IMG/VR virus record: IMGVR_UViG_3300048851_000098 | Location: 32,001 to 96,000 of that record | Reading direction: 5' to 3' (one strand) | From: a virus | DNA length: 64,000 bases | Part shown: one piece after another, positions 1 to 7,495 of the stretch | Numbering within the stretch: position 1 is the first letter of the stretch | Layout of the letters: the number at the start of each line of letters is the position of its first letter | Notes under the pieces: generated by a model | Told to the model about the DNA's origin: nothing | Database searches by the model: none | What the model saw: only the letters and a program-made list of their open reading frames with translations | Translations under genes and position numbers: made by a program

Positions 1-803
1 CCGAGCACGTTGACGGCAAGCGCAAAGTCGCCTGTTTTATCTGGCGTTGCTGAGACGCCTACACGATAGCGAGCAGAAAAGCGATCCAGCAGCTTGTTAT
101 ACGTGCCGGCTGTTGCGTGATGGCATTCGTCAAGACAGACAAGCGAGAAGTAATCATCGAAAAAGCCGCTCTGCTCAAGATCGTCAAAGCGGCTGTGAAG
201 CGTCTGCGCTGTAGCGATAGTGATGTACGGCGAGACTTGAAAGATACCGTCGCCGATCTGGCCTATCGGATAGTCTTCACCAAGAAAAGTTCTGACTCGA
301 TCTATCCACTGCCAGAGAATATCTTTGGTGTTGATAATGATCAGGCTGCTGCAACCGAGCTGCTGAATCGCCGCAAGGATCGCCACGGTCTTTCCACTAC
401 CAGCAGGCGACTTGATGATCCCTTGTTCATAGGAGAAGATCGATTCGATTTGTGGCTTTTGCCACGGCCGTGCTCTGACTCTTCTGCCAACGCGAAACAG
501 CGGTTCCCAATAGCGCCCCTCGACCAACTCGATCTGCGCCCCAAAGTCATTCATCCCCGCAGCAAAATCAGCAAGAAATCCCCGTGGCATCACGAGGATT
601 TCAGATCCATCTTCCGCTTGCGTGATCTCGTACAGACAGATCGTGTCGGGCATCTCCTGCCAGCCCCACTCATCCATCTTGCGAGCCTTCTGCTTGGCGA
701 TATTCGGGATGTTGAGAGCTTCCAACATGAACGGAACGCTCTCGATAGGAAGATCTGAAAGACGTACGCGAAGCTTGTGATCGATAGTGGTCTTGATAGC
801 CAT
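1..803 (-). CDS. SF2 (DExH, UvsW/XPB-like) helicase, N-terminal part; runs off the window start
   Basis: Manual translation from ATG 803: MAIKTTIDHK...; Walker A SPAGSGKT, motif Ia IINTKDILWQW, motif II LDECHH, motif III GVSATP; no stop before base 1, so absent from the ORF track. Confidence 0.9.
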   Translation of the reverse strand, partial: MAIKTTIDHKLRVRLSDLPIESVPFMLEALNIPNIAKQKARKMDEWGWQEMPDTICLYEITQAEDGSEILVMPRGFLADFAAGMNDFGAQIELVEGRYWEPLFRVGRRVRARPWQKPQIESIFSYEQGIIKSPAGSGKTVAILAAIQQLGCSSLIIINTKDILWQWIDRVRTFLGEDYPIGQIGDGIFQVSPYITIATAQTLHSRFDDLEQSGFFDDYFSLVCLDECHHATAGTYNKLLDRFSARYRVGVSATPDKTGDFALAVNVL

Positions 804-810
804 TTCGCTT

Positions 811-840
811 TTGCCGTAGGTAGCTCTTACATGATAGCAT
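811..840 (+). promoter_or_regulatory. sigma70/SigA-like promoter, probably giving a leaderless mRNA
   Basis: TTGCCG-N18-TAGCAT, 6 nt before ATG 847. Confidence 0.45.
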
Positions 841-846
841 CGCGGC

Positions 847-1101
847 ATGAGATCTGCAATCTCTGCATGTGCTACTCCAAAGTGCTCAAAGGCGCGTATT
901 GAGAGAAGATCGTTCTGTCAAGAATGTTCTGAAAATCTTGCACGTATTCGTAGAGAACTTGAAGAACATCCAGCATTGCTCTTCAATCAGCGAGTAGCAG
1001 GTATGAGAATAAAAAAGTTTCCAACTTGCTGCTTCCCAGGCTGTTTTGAACGGCGAGTACCGCCAGAACCCTTCTGTTACAAAGGTGAAGACGGACACTA
1101 A
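847..1101 (+). CDS. small Cys-rich hypothetical protein
   Basis: CxxxxC, CxxC and CCxxxC clusters; TAATG coupling to the next gene. Confidence 0.55.
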   Translation: MRSAISACATPKCSKARIERRSFCQECSENLARIRRELEEHPALLFNQRVAGMRIKKFPTCCFPGCFERRVPPEPFCYKGEDGH

Positions 1102-1412
1102 TGAGAACTGGTTACTTCGATATGGACACGCGAGCAATAGTCTCGCTTGATCCTGTTATCAGAACTAACACAGGCAAGGATCATACGTGGATTGTGCGTG
1201 TCAATACGCCTGAACGGCATCGAAATAGAGGACTCGCAACAAGATTGATGGAGGAAGTCTGCGCGGATGCCGACAAGGAAAAGGTAATCCTCTATCTCGG
1301 GATTACCGCAAGTGGTCCTCTTGATGGCAAGAGACTGGCGAAGTTCTACGCGAGATTCGGATTCGTATTCTACGACCAACACTCTGCTTCAATGGTGCGG
1401 AATCCACGATGA
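1101..1412 (+). CDS. GNAT-family acetyltransferase
   Basis: Motif A VNTPERHRNRGLATRLM; C-terminal LAKFYARFGF. Confidence 0.8.
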   Translation: MRTGYFDMDTRAIVSLDPVIRTNTGKDHTWIVRVNTPERHRNRGLATRLMEEVCADADKEKVILYLGITASGPLDGKRLAKFYARFGFVFYDQHSASMVRNPR

Positions 1413-1840
1413 GAGCTACCGCATTCACAGATGGCCGGGGAAACGCGAGAAGAACAGGATCTTGCGCGGCAGTTCTGAGATTTCCCGATAGAGAGGTTGA
1501 GCAAGCGAAACGTCTTCCGGGAGAACCTACTAACAACGAAGCCGAATATGAAGGCGTAATTCTGGCTTGTCTTACTGCAATCGGAATGAGAGTGAGAGAG
1601 TTGGAAATCTATTCAGATTCGCAACTCATCGTAAATCAGATCAATGGCTTGTGGAGAATCAGAGAACCACGTCTTCTTCCTTATCGAGATCGAGTTTGGG
1701 CCATTTGTCAATCTTTCGACAAGGTGACCATCAACTGGATTCCTCGTGAAGAGAACGAACATGCTGATTCCCTTTGCCGCAGAGTGATCAAAGAACCTTC
1801 TCCCCGCAGACCAAGGAAGCATCCTCTGTACAAGTTCTGA
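1409..1840 (+). CDS. rnhA: ribonuclease HI
   Basis: FTDG, TNNEAEYEG, IYSDSQLIVNQ, WIPREENEHAD catalytic motifs. Confidence 0.92.
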   Translation: MRATAFTDGRGNARRTGSCAAVLRFPDREVEQAKRLPGEPTNNEAEYEGVILACLTAIGMRVRELEIYSDSQLIVNQINGLWRIREPRLLPYRDRVWAICQSFDKVTINWIPREENEHADSLCRRVIKEPSPRRPRKHPLYKF

Positions 1841-1851
1841 TCCACCGCAGA

Positions 1852-2080
1852 GTGCGGGATGACATTCCACCCGTAGTAGCCCTCCGCTTTCACGGCACCG
1901 CATCCCAGGCTCTACGCCAAGAGTGTCCTCAAGGCGCATGCCAACTCCCGCCCCTCTGATGGTGAACACGCATTTCACCAACGGGCTACGTAACGGTTTG
2001 ACGAATCTTCACAAAGCATTACTTCTCGCCGCGCTTTGTTGATAAGATTCCAACCGCGTTAAGAATCGCGTCCCTGGACA
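1852..2080 (+). ncRNA. candidate structured ncRNA, unassigned
   Basis: Helices GGGATG 1856/CATCCC 1901, GTAGCCC 1876/GGGCTAC 1983, TGGTGAA 1960/TTCACCA 1974, ACAAAGC 2011/GCTTTGT 2033; no credible ORF; followed by a terminator. Confidence 0.4.
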
Positions 2081-2084
2081 GTAC

Positions 2085-2123
2085 CAGAAGCCCCGAGCCT
2101 CGCCGCCGGGGCTTCTGTGTTTC
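2085..2123 (+). terminator. intrinsic terminator
   Basis: 11-bp stem CAGAAGCCCCG/CGGGGCTTCTG followed by TGTTTCT. Confidence 0.7.
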
Positions 2124-2142
2124 TGAGTACGATTCTGACCAC

Positions 2143-2511
2143 GTGCATTACAGAACCCGTCAGCGCCTCCGCGAGCTGGGCTATCCCACCTACGCCCACT
2201 ACCTCCGCTCAGCCATATGGGCCGACATCCGAAAGAACTACTTCGCGATATACAGACGCGAGTGTTGGATTTGCGGAAAGAATCGAGATGTAGCTCTTCA
2301 TCACATCTCCTATGACCGCATTGGTGGAGATGAGCTGTTTGAAGATTTCATTCCGTTGTGTAGGCGACATCATCGCGCTCTGCACAACTTCATGAAATAC
2401 TATCGAGTAGGTCTTATTCACGCACATATTGAATACAAGGCGCATCTCGACAGACCACGGAGAAGACGCAGAAAAAGACGCGCTAGACAGATTCGACGGA
2501 GAGCGATATAG
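2143..2511 (+). CDS. HNH endonuclease-like protein
   Basis: CWIC...LHHISY...LCRRHHRALH; Arg-rich tail. Confidence 0.75.
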   Translation: MHYRTRQRLRELGYPTYAHYLRSAIWADIRKNYFAIYRRECWICGKNRDVALHHISYDRIGGDELFEDFIPLCRRHHRALHNFMKYYRVGLIHAHIEYKAHLDRPRRRRRKRRARQIRRRAI

Positions 2512-2632
2512 TTCCCGCTCCTGCGATAGAAGCGTTCACAGGAACATGGTCCGGACACTGGCGCGTGCTCACGTCGGGGGACACGCCATGACAGTGCGCT
2601 GAAGAGGGTCCTAGGGATAAAGCGCACTACCC

Positions 2633-2705
2633 GCCTCGGTCGTCCAGGGGACTAGGACGCTTGGTTGTCGACCAAGAAACCGGAGTTCGAATCTCCGTCG
2701 AGGCG
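2633..2705 (+). tRNA. trnD: tRNA-Asp(GTC)
   Basis: Cloverleaf; CTTGG-TTGTCGA-CCAAG; T-loop GTTCGAATC. Confidence 0.9.
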
Positions 2706-2707
2706 TT

Positions 2708-2887
2708 ATGAAGTCGGCTACACGTATGTTTGTTGAAGGAATGTCATATCGCGATGTAATGAGAATCGTCGGCATGCGCCAGCGTTACAGTCGCGAAGTG
2801 AATGATCCTGCTCTGCGGCCGGCTCCTCGTCGCAGACCCACGAGACGCCGCGACCGTCGTGCCCCTACAAAACCAATGCGCCGATGA
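2708..2887 (+). CDS. 59-aa basic hypothetical protein
   Basis: ATG 2708 to TGA 2887; ATGA overlap with the ORF at 2884. Confidence 0.45.
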   Translation: MKSATRMFVEGMSYRDVMRIVGMRQRYSREVNDPALRPAPRRRPTRRRDRRAPTKPMRR

Positions 2888-3123
2888 GATCACGAGCTGT
2901 ACGCCGTCATCATCGTTCCCGTCTGATCAAAAGACGCTCTCGCGATGCACTTGCTGCTTCGGTGATGCATTCTCCCGGAAAGCATCCTGAAGGCGCTCTT
3001 GCTGATAATCAGTATTGGCTCGGGTGTAATCTCCCGAACTGCGGCCTTTGCCATCCGTGGAAGCGATGGAGCCGAAGTGCTGATCGCCACAGAGCAAAGA
3101 TCAGCTTGCACGAGGAAATCTGA
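2884..3123 (+). CDS. hypothetical protein
   Basis: ATGA-coupled; CxxxxCxxCH cluster. Confidence 0.45.
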   Translation: MRSRAVRRHHRSRLIKRRSRDALAASVMHSPGKHPEGALADNQYWLGCNLPNCGLCHPWKRWSRSADRHRAKISLHEEI

Positions 3124-3215
3124 GCTGCTAGATTGCATCTCGTGAGCCGTTTCCGCTACATCCGCGCTTCGCGATCAGATCGATCGCGATATACCAGTCG
3201 ATTGCTGCGACTCCG

Positions 3216-3247
3216 CTAGCGCGCGGGTGAGATATCCCGCGCGCTAG
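3216..3247. repeat. perfect 12-bp inverted repeat
   Basis: CTAGCGCGCGGG-TGAGATAT-CCCGCGCGCTAG, 13 nt upstream of tRNA-Leu. Confidence 0.8.
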
Positions 3248-3260
3248 AACAGCAGTGCGC

Positions 3261-3348
3261 GTCGGGGTGGTGAAACATAGGCAGACACGCGGGCCTCAGA
3301 CGCCCGTGCCCCTAACAGGGCGTGAGGGTTCGAATCCCTCTCCCGACA
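3261..3348 (+). tRNA. trnL: tRNA-Leu(CAG)
   Basis: CGGGC-CTCAGAC-GCCCG; long variable arm. Confidence 0.92.
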
Positions 3349-3355
3349 CTTTCAT

Positions 3356-3442
3356 GGCGTCGTGGCGGAATTAGGTATACGCGCGCGGCTGAGTACCGCG
3401 TGGGAGTCAAATCCCTTGGAGGTTCAAGTCCTCTCGACGCTA
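3356..3442 (+). tRNA. trnL: tRNA-Leu(GAG)
   Basis: CGCGG-CTGAGTA-CCGCG; long variable arm. Confidence 0.9.
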
Positions 3443-3459
3443 CCTATAACAAAATAGTT

Positions 3460-3537
3460 GTGGCGATTGTTGAAACTTCAACTGCTCACGTAAGGGGCGA
3501 GCCGAACGTGGGACAGGGAGCTTCAAACAATCGCCAC
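3460..3537 (+). ncRNA. long irregular hairpin RNA, unassigned
   Basis: GTGGCGATTGTT/AACAATCGCCAC 12-bp base plus two further inner helices. Confidence 0.5.
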
Positions 3538-3557
3538 GAGACGAGTGTAGCAGACAC

Positions 3558-3641
3558 GCGCGAGTGGCGGAACGGCAGACGCGCTCGACTCAAAATCGAG
3601 TGTTCCTTGTGAACGTGTGGGTTCGACTCCCACCTTGCGCA
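3558..3641 (+). tRNA. trnL: tRNA-Leu(CAA)
   Basis: CTCGA-CTCAAAA-TCGAG; long variable arm. Confidence 0.92.
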
Positions 3642-3655
3642 TTTAGGTAAAACTT

Positions 3656-3742
3656 GGAGGCTCGCAAGGTTGGCGTGCTTATCGGTCTTGAAAACCGTGA
3701 TGGCTCTAACGAGTCGTGGGGGTTCGATCCCCTCAGCCTCCG
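3656..3742 (+). tRNA. trnS: tRNA-Ser(TGA)
   Basis: CGGT-CTTGAAA-ACCG; long variable arm; G73. Confidence 0.9.
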
Positions 3743-3754
3743 TAGTTCCAACAT

Positions 3755-3836
3755 GCCGGGAAGGCCCCAATGGTGGGGCACCTGACTGTAAATCAGGCGT
3801 CTCTGACAACGGCAGGTTCGATCCCTGCTCCCGGCA
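3755..3836 (+). tRNA. trnY: tRNA-Tyr(GTA)
   Basis: CCTGA-CTGTAAA-TCAGG. Confidence 0.92.
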
Positions 3837-3864
3837 CTAAGAAAACATAAAAACCCCTGCAAAT

Positions 3865-3952
3865 GGACGGTATCCGAGTGGTTAGGGGCGCGACTGCTAA
3901 TCGCGTAAGACAGAGCGAATCTGTCCGCTGGGTTCGATTCCCAGGCCGTCCG
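3865..3952 (+). tRNA. trnS: tRNA-Ser(GCT)
   Basis: CGCGA-CTGCTAA-TCGCG; long variable arm. Confidence 0.92.
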
Positions 3953-4071
3953 TACTAATCGTTCTGATCGTTCTTCTCTTGACTCTTTGTAGAGGAGTGG
4001 TACTGTTGTGTGCAAGTCGCCTCGTAATGAGGCTTTCCCACACACCACGATGACCTTAGGAGGCCATCAGC

Positions 4072-4596
4072 ATGACCGCTCTTCTCGAAGAGATGACGAC
4101 CAGAATCGACAGTCGTATGGAGGAGCTTCAGCCGCTCGTCCAGGAGTACGGCGAGTTGGCCGAGGCCAAGGCTCGCCTGACCGGCAGAGAGGTCAACGTC
4201 TCCCTGTCTCCCGCGCGTCGTCGCGGCCGCCCGAGCGCCAAGGACGGATCGGCTCCCCGCGCCGGCAAGCGCACCGACATGGTGATCGCTTACCTGCGCG
4301 AGCATCCGGACGGTGCCACGGTCAATCAGATCGTGGAGGGCACGGGCACGTCGCTCAACTACACCTACGCGATCGTCCGCGATCTCGTGGACGCGGAGCC
4401 GCCCGTCGCCAAGCGCGCGGAGGGCAGAGTGGTCCTGATCGACCCCAACTACCGTTCGCCGAGCGAGGACGAGAACAAGGGCGACGAGGGGAACAGCGAT
4501 GGCGACTCGACGCAGGGCGAGCAGAAGCCCGACGAGACGCCGGCCCCCGACAAGGCCAAGCCCGCCGCGAGAGCGAGAGCGACCAGCAGAAAGTGA
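4072..4596 (+). CDS. putative nucleoid-associated DNA-binding protein (coiled coil, AT-hook-like RRRGRP, winged HTH)
   Basis: N-terminal heptads; RRRGRP; ATVNQIVEGTGTSLNYTYAIVRDL HTH-like segment; strong RBS AGGAGG; upstream TTGACT-N16-TACTGT. Confidence 0.7.
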   Translation: MTALLEEMTTRIDSRMEELQPLVQEYGELAEAKARLTGREVNVSLSPARRRGRPSAKDGSAPRAGKRTDMVIAYLREHPDGATVNQIVEGTGTSLNYTYAIVRDLVDAEPPVAKRAEGRVVLIDPNYRSPSEDENKGDEGNSDGDSTQGEQKPDETPAPDKAKPAARARATSRK

Positions 4597-4601
4597 TCTC
4601 C

Positions 4602-4648
4602 TAGCGGCTCGCTTGTAATCACTCAGGCGAGCCGCTAAGATCCTTTTT
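4602..4648 (+). terminator. terminator-like hairpin overlapping a promoter
   Basis: TAGCGGCTCGC/GCGAGCCGCTA stem, T-run downstream; TTGTAA(4613)-N17-TAAGAT(4636) lies within it. Confidence 0.55.
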
Positions 4649-4659
4649 GGAACAAAGAA

Positions 4660-4732
4660 GGGTCGTTAGCTCAGTCGGTAGAGCAGGAGACTCTTAATCT
4701 CAAGGCCGTAGGTTCGATCCCTACACGACCCA
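4660..4732 (+). tRNA. trnK: tRNA-Lys(CTT)
   Basis: GAGA-CTCTTAA-TCTC; canonical D and T arms. Confidence 0.93.
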
Positions 4733-4754
4733 TACTGGTTATATCGTTGATATG

Positions 4755-4979
4755 GTCAGAACTACCCCCGAAAGGTAAGAGCGGGCCACGTCCGGGTACC
4801 CCGAGGCCGGACAACAATTTCATAGTGTCCCGAGAGCGGGTAGCTGACGGTAGGAGAAATCCGTACTAAGGTCCGACTCCGGATATCTGTACGTGACAGA
4901 GAAATTGCCTTCGGGAACCGATACACGGAATGATCGGATCGCGGACAAATGTGGGGGTGCGTCCACTATAAAAACGCAC
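4755..4979 (+). ncRNA. multi-branched structured RNA ending in an H-type pseudoknot, unassigned
   Basis: GTCAG(AA)CTACCC 4755/GGGTAGCTGAC 4838; GTCCGG/CCGGAC; pseudoknot GTGG-GG-GTGCGT-CCAC-TATAAAA-ACGCAC 4951-4979. Confidence 0.6.
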
Positions 4980-4983
4980 ACTC

Positions 4984-5059
4984 GCCCCGTTGGTCTAGTT
5001 AGGCTTAGGACGCCTGCCTCTCACGCAGGAGATCACCGGTTCAAATCCGGTACGGGGTT
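4984..5059 (+). tRNA. trnE: tRNA-Glu(CTC)
   Basis: CCTGC-CTCTCAC-GCAGG. Confidence 0.92.
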
Positions 5060-5119
5060 TAGGGAATTGGAAAGCCAACTAATCACAAAGCGCGAGCGTT
5101 TCTAGAGCGACTGCGGCGT

Positions 5120-5311
5120 GCGTCATTAGAGTAGGAGCTATCGATTCCCGATCTCGGAATCGGATTCCTCTTACCTTGCCTTTCCTCTAATGGGTCTGGC
5201 TGGGAAGATCCCCACGCAGCCCTCTGGCACCGTTCCAATGGGATTCGGCATTGCCATTCCCGGAGCAACGCTTTGAGGTCGGTCGGCATACGACTAGAGG
5301 AATCCGATTCC
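5120..5311 (+). ncRNA. candidate structured RNA or paired operator region
   Basis: Perfect 16-bp inverted repeat 5156-5171/5296-5311, crossed by CATTAGAG 5124/CTCTAATG 5185; inner hairpins. Confidence 0.5.
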
Positions 5312-5323
5312 ATCTTCTGCGAA

Positions 5324-5380
5324 GTGGCGTTTGGCCGGACTTGGTAGCCGGTGTAAACGGGTTCGATTCCTGGCGTCACG
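5324..5380 (+). ncRNA. 57-nt D-armless tRNA-like RNA with a TGG-centred loop
   Basis: Acceptor GTGGCGT/GCGTCAC; GCCGG-ACTTGGTAG-CCGGT; T-loop GTTCGATTC; only 3 nt where the D arm should be. Confidence 0.55.
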
Positions 5381-5533
5381 CTTATGAAATTCAGACCAAT
5401 CGACGGCATGGCTGTAGAAGTTGATGATGAGGAAATCATTGTCAACTATTCGGGCGAAGGTACCGATTTGCTCTTGCATCAGGCACATCTGGCCGATAAG
5501 ATCATCGACAGATGCGTGAGAGCGCATGATTCT

Positions 5534-5605
5534 GCCCGGTAAGCTTTGTTGGCGAAGCGCTGGTTTTGTAATCCAGTGAGCAGGGTTCGATTCCTTGACC
5601 GGGCG
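5534..5605 (+). tRNA. trnT: tRNA-Thr(TGT)
   Basis: Acceptor GCCCGGT/ACCGGGC; loop TTTGTAA. Confidence 0.88.
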
Positions 5606-5610
5606 CTTGC

Positions 5611-5985
5611 ATGGACAACCCGCGTCGAGATGAACTTGGCAATTACATCTTTCTGCCGCAAACCCGGTTCGATCCCGAACCTTGGGCGAGAGTTCTGCGC
5701 CGCGATCCATGCTCATATTGCGACGGCGCGGGCGGCACTGTAGATCACATCGTGCCGCTGGCTCATGGCGGCGAGAAGGCCGTTTCTGTCAACGGCACCG
5801 GCGCCTGCTCGACCTGTAACAGTCTGAGCCACCAGAAGTCCGACACGCCCCTCCTCCAATTCCTCCTCAAGCGAGCACAGCGGAGAGACGCCTACGAGCA
5901 CTACGTCAGATCCTCTCCGCAGATCACTCACAGATTCTTCACGGAGGAGCAGTTGGAACTTCTACGTCGAGTTGCAGAAAGCTAG
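5611..5985 (+). CDS. HNH endonuclease
   Basis: CSYC...TVDHIVPLAHGG...NGTGACSTCN. Confidence 0.9.
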   Translation: MDNPRRDELGNYIFLPQTRFDPEPWARVLRRDPCSYCDGAGGTVDHIVPLAHGGEKAVSVNGTGACSTCNSLSHQKSDTPLLQFLLKRAQRRDAYEHYVRSSPQITHRFFTEEQLELLRRVAES

Positions 5986-6010
5986 CGAATACTGTAGTAT
6001 TGACCCTCTT

Positions 6011-6083
6011 GTGCCTATAGCTCAATTGGTAGAGCAGTGGACTTCTAATCCAAAGGTTGAGGGTTCGAGCCCCTCTAGGCATG
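6011..6083 (+). tRNA. trnR: tRNA-Arg(TCT)
   Basis: TGGA-CTTCTAA-TCCA; canonical D and T arms. Confidence 0.93.
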
Positions 6084-6086
6084 TAT

Positions 6087-6473
6087 ATGAAGGAATATAG
6101 AGATTTCATGTGCTCTTGTAAGCCTGACGGCAAAGAGCGATGTGAAGACACTCTAAGAAGAGTTTGCAGACTTCTTAGAGTTGAACCAACAAAGCTTCTC
6201 ACTGGTGTTGTTTACAACATGCAGCATCTTGAGAATTGGAGAGATAGACCGGGAACTGTTTGGATTTGCGGTAATATCGAATCTATCTATTCTGATATGT
6301 GGGCTGCGATCAATGCAGAGATCCAGTATCACGATGAGGAAGAAGATGAATTCAGACTTATTGCAAGAATTCGAGTTCAATGTGATCTGATTGAACATGG
6401 CGTTGCTCGTGTTTATGAGCTGGCGCTTAGAGCAGCAGAAGATTTCGAAGCGTCTATAGCTCAGTCTGGTTAG
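6087..6473 (+). CDS. hypothetical protein
   Basis: ORF between tRNA-Arg and tRNA-Ile; stop lies inside tRNA-Ile. Confidence 0.55.
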   Translation: MKEYRDFMCSCKPDGKERCEDTLRRVCRLLRVEPTKLLTGVVYNMQHLENWRDRPGTVWICGNIESIYSDMWAAINAEIQYHDEEEDEFRLIARIRVQCDLIEHGVARVYELALRAAEDFEASIAQSG

Positions 6474-6524
6474 AGCGTCCGTCTGATAAGCGGAAGGCCC
6501 GAGGTTCAAATCCTTGTAGGCGCA
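6450..6524 (+). tRNA. trnI: tRNA-Ile(GAT)
   Basis: TCCGT-CTGATAA-GCGGA. Confidence 0.93.
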
Positions 6525-6527
6525 CCT

Positions 6528-6737
6528 ATGGCATTGCATAAAGAGGATTTCGACGGACAGATCTGCCACTGCGGCGATGATGGATGCGATATGAGCATTA
6601 TGTATCTGCATTCGAGTTGTCATCTTGGTGCGCCTACGGAGGCTTCGTATTCCGGAGGCGAGATTACAATCAGATGTTCTGTGTGTAAAACCTTTATCGC
6701 TTCGATAGCTGTCGCATCAAATGCAACAACGAATTAG
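6528..6737 (+). CDS. small putative Zn-binding protein
   Basis: CHC...C, YLHSSCH and CSVC clusters. Confidence 0.55.
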   Translation: MALHKEDFDGQICHCGDDGCDMSIMYLHSSCHLGAPTEASYSGGEITIRCSVCKTFIASIAVASNATTN

Positions 6738-7011
6738 TCACAAGCTCACTGCTCACCACTTCCGTCATAATCGTAAAGGCGGAACGATTATTGGTGTCTG
6801 TAGCTGCGGATATCGCCATGGCATCTTTCGCAAGATGCGTCGTACACAGCTCACTCGCGGAATCGTCTGTTTCTTCCGTGGTGGGCATCGATGGGGCGAG
6901 GAAGATACCTGGGAGGTCGGCCCGGCCGGCTTCAGAGACGGCGAAGGTGAAGCTTCTGGCCGTTTCAAGCAATGCGATTTCTGCTATAAGATCGAAGATA
7001 CGCACCTGTAG
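6721..7011 (+). CDS. Cys/His-rich hypothetical protein
   Basis: CSCG...CFFRGGHRW...CDFC; overlaps neighbours. Confidence 0.5.
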   Translation: MQQRISHKLTAHHFRHNRKGGTIIGVCSCGYRHGIFRKMRRTQLTRGIVCFFRGGHRWGEEDTWEVGPAGFRDGEGEASGRFKQCDFCYKIEDTHL

Positions 7012-7073
7012 TGTTAGTGGTAACACGTCAGCCTTCCAAGCTGAAGTGCTCGGTTCGAATCCGAGTAGGTGCT
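7002..7073 (+). tRNA. trnG: tRNA-Gly(TCC)
   Basis: TCAGC-CTTCCAA-GCTGA; U73. Confidence 0.93.
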
Positions 7074-7115
7074 TTTGTTCGCTAGAGGGCGAACGAAACG
7101 AACCGAACAAAAGCC

Positions 7116-7144
7116 TTGACACGCCCCAAAACCTCCTCTAAGAT
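7116..7144 (+). promoter_or_regulatory. sigma70/SigA promoter
   Basis: TTGACA-N17-TAAGAT. Confidence 0.8.
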
Positions 7145-7220
7145 GCAAAGCATGATGCAGCCGCCCACCACTCAGAATTGCCGCCGATGGCGATTCCATC
7201 GACCGTGCCGAAATATGCAT

Positions 7221-7291
7221 GGGCGAGTGGTGCAACGGCAGCACAGCGGCTTCCAACCCCGCTGATCCGGGTTCGATTCCTGGCTCGCCCG
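7221..7291 (+). tRNA. trnW: tRNA-Trp(CCA)
   Basis: Counting from the D arm gives stem GCGGC/CCCGC (C31-C39 mismatch) and loop TT-CCA-AC; G73. Confidence 0.82.
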
Positions 7292-7292
7292 C

Positions 7293-7490
7293 TTCTGGTC
7301 CTCGCCGGCCACAAGGTGAACGTGCGCACTGCGACGGCAGAGCGCGGCCCCCACAGCGTTCACTGGTCGTTTGGACGCCAGAGCGCCTGTCTGAAGCAGA
7401 GGATAAGATAGGCGGCTAGCCGGGTGGTCTTCGCACTCCGCGACCGACAGACGCCACCATACGCCTCTCCAAGACGGAGATAGAGAGGAC
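7293..7490 (+). ncRNA. structured spacer with two copies of an ACGCC + NAAG..GATA hairpin motif
   Basis: GTGAACG/CGTTCAC; CGCCTGTCT-GAAGCAGAGGATA-AGATAGGCG 7384-7414; CCTCTC-CAAGACGGAGATA-GAGAGG 7464-7488. Confidence 0.5.
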
Positions 7491-7495
7491 TTCGA

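Noticed and set aside
117-758. 213-aa plus-strand ORF in the track
   Set aside because: Antisense shadow of the minus-strand SF2 helicase, which has clear motifs.
2599-2627. Hammerhead ribozyme (CTGAAGAG)
   Set aside because: The required C-GAAA half of the core and stems I/III are missing.
4951-4979. tmRNA, because the pseudoknot resembles pk1
   Set aside because: No tRNA-like 5' and 3' ends, and no tag ORF downstream; tRNA-Glu follows after 4 nt.
5156-5311. Retron msr/msd (a1/a2 inverted repeats)
   Set aside because: No reverse transcriptase in the window or adjacent.
7221-7291. Second tRNA-Gly(TCC) or a suppressor tRNA, hence genetic-code recoding
   Set aside because: Register from the D arm gives CCA (Trp). 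No CTA/TTA/TCA anticodon was found, and conserved genes are uninterrupted and use all three stops.
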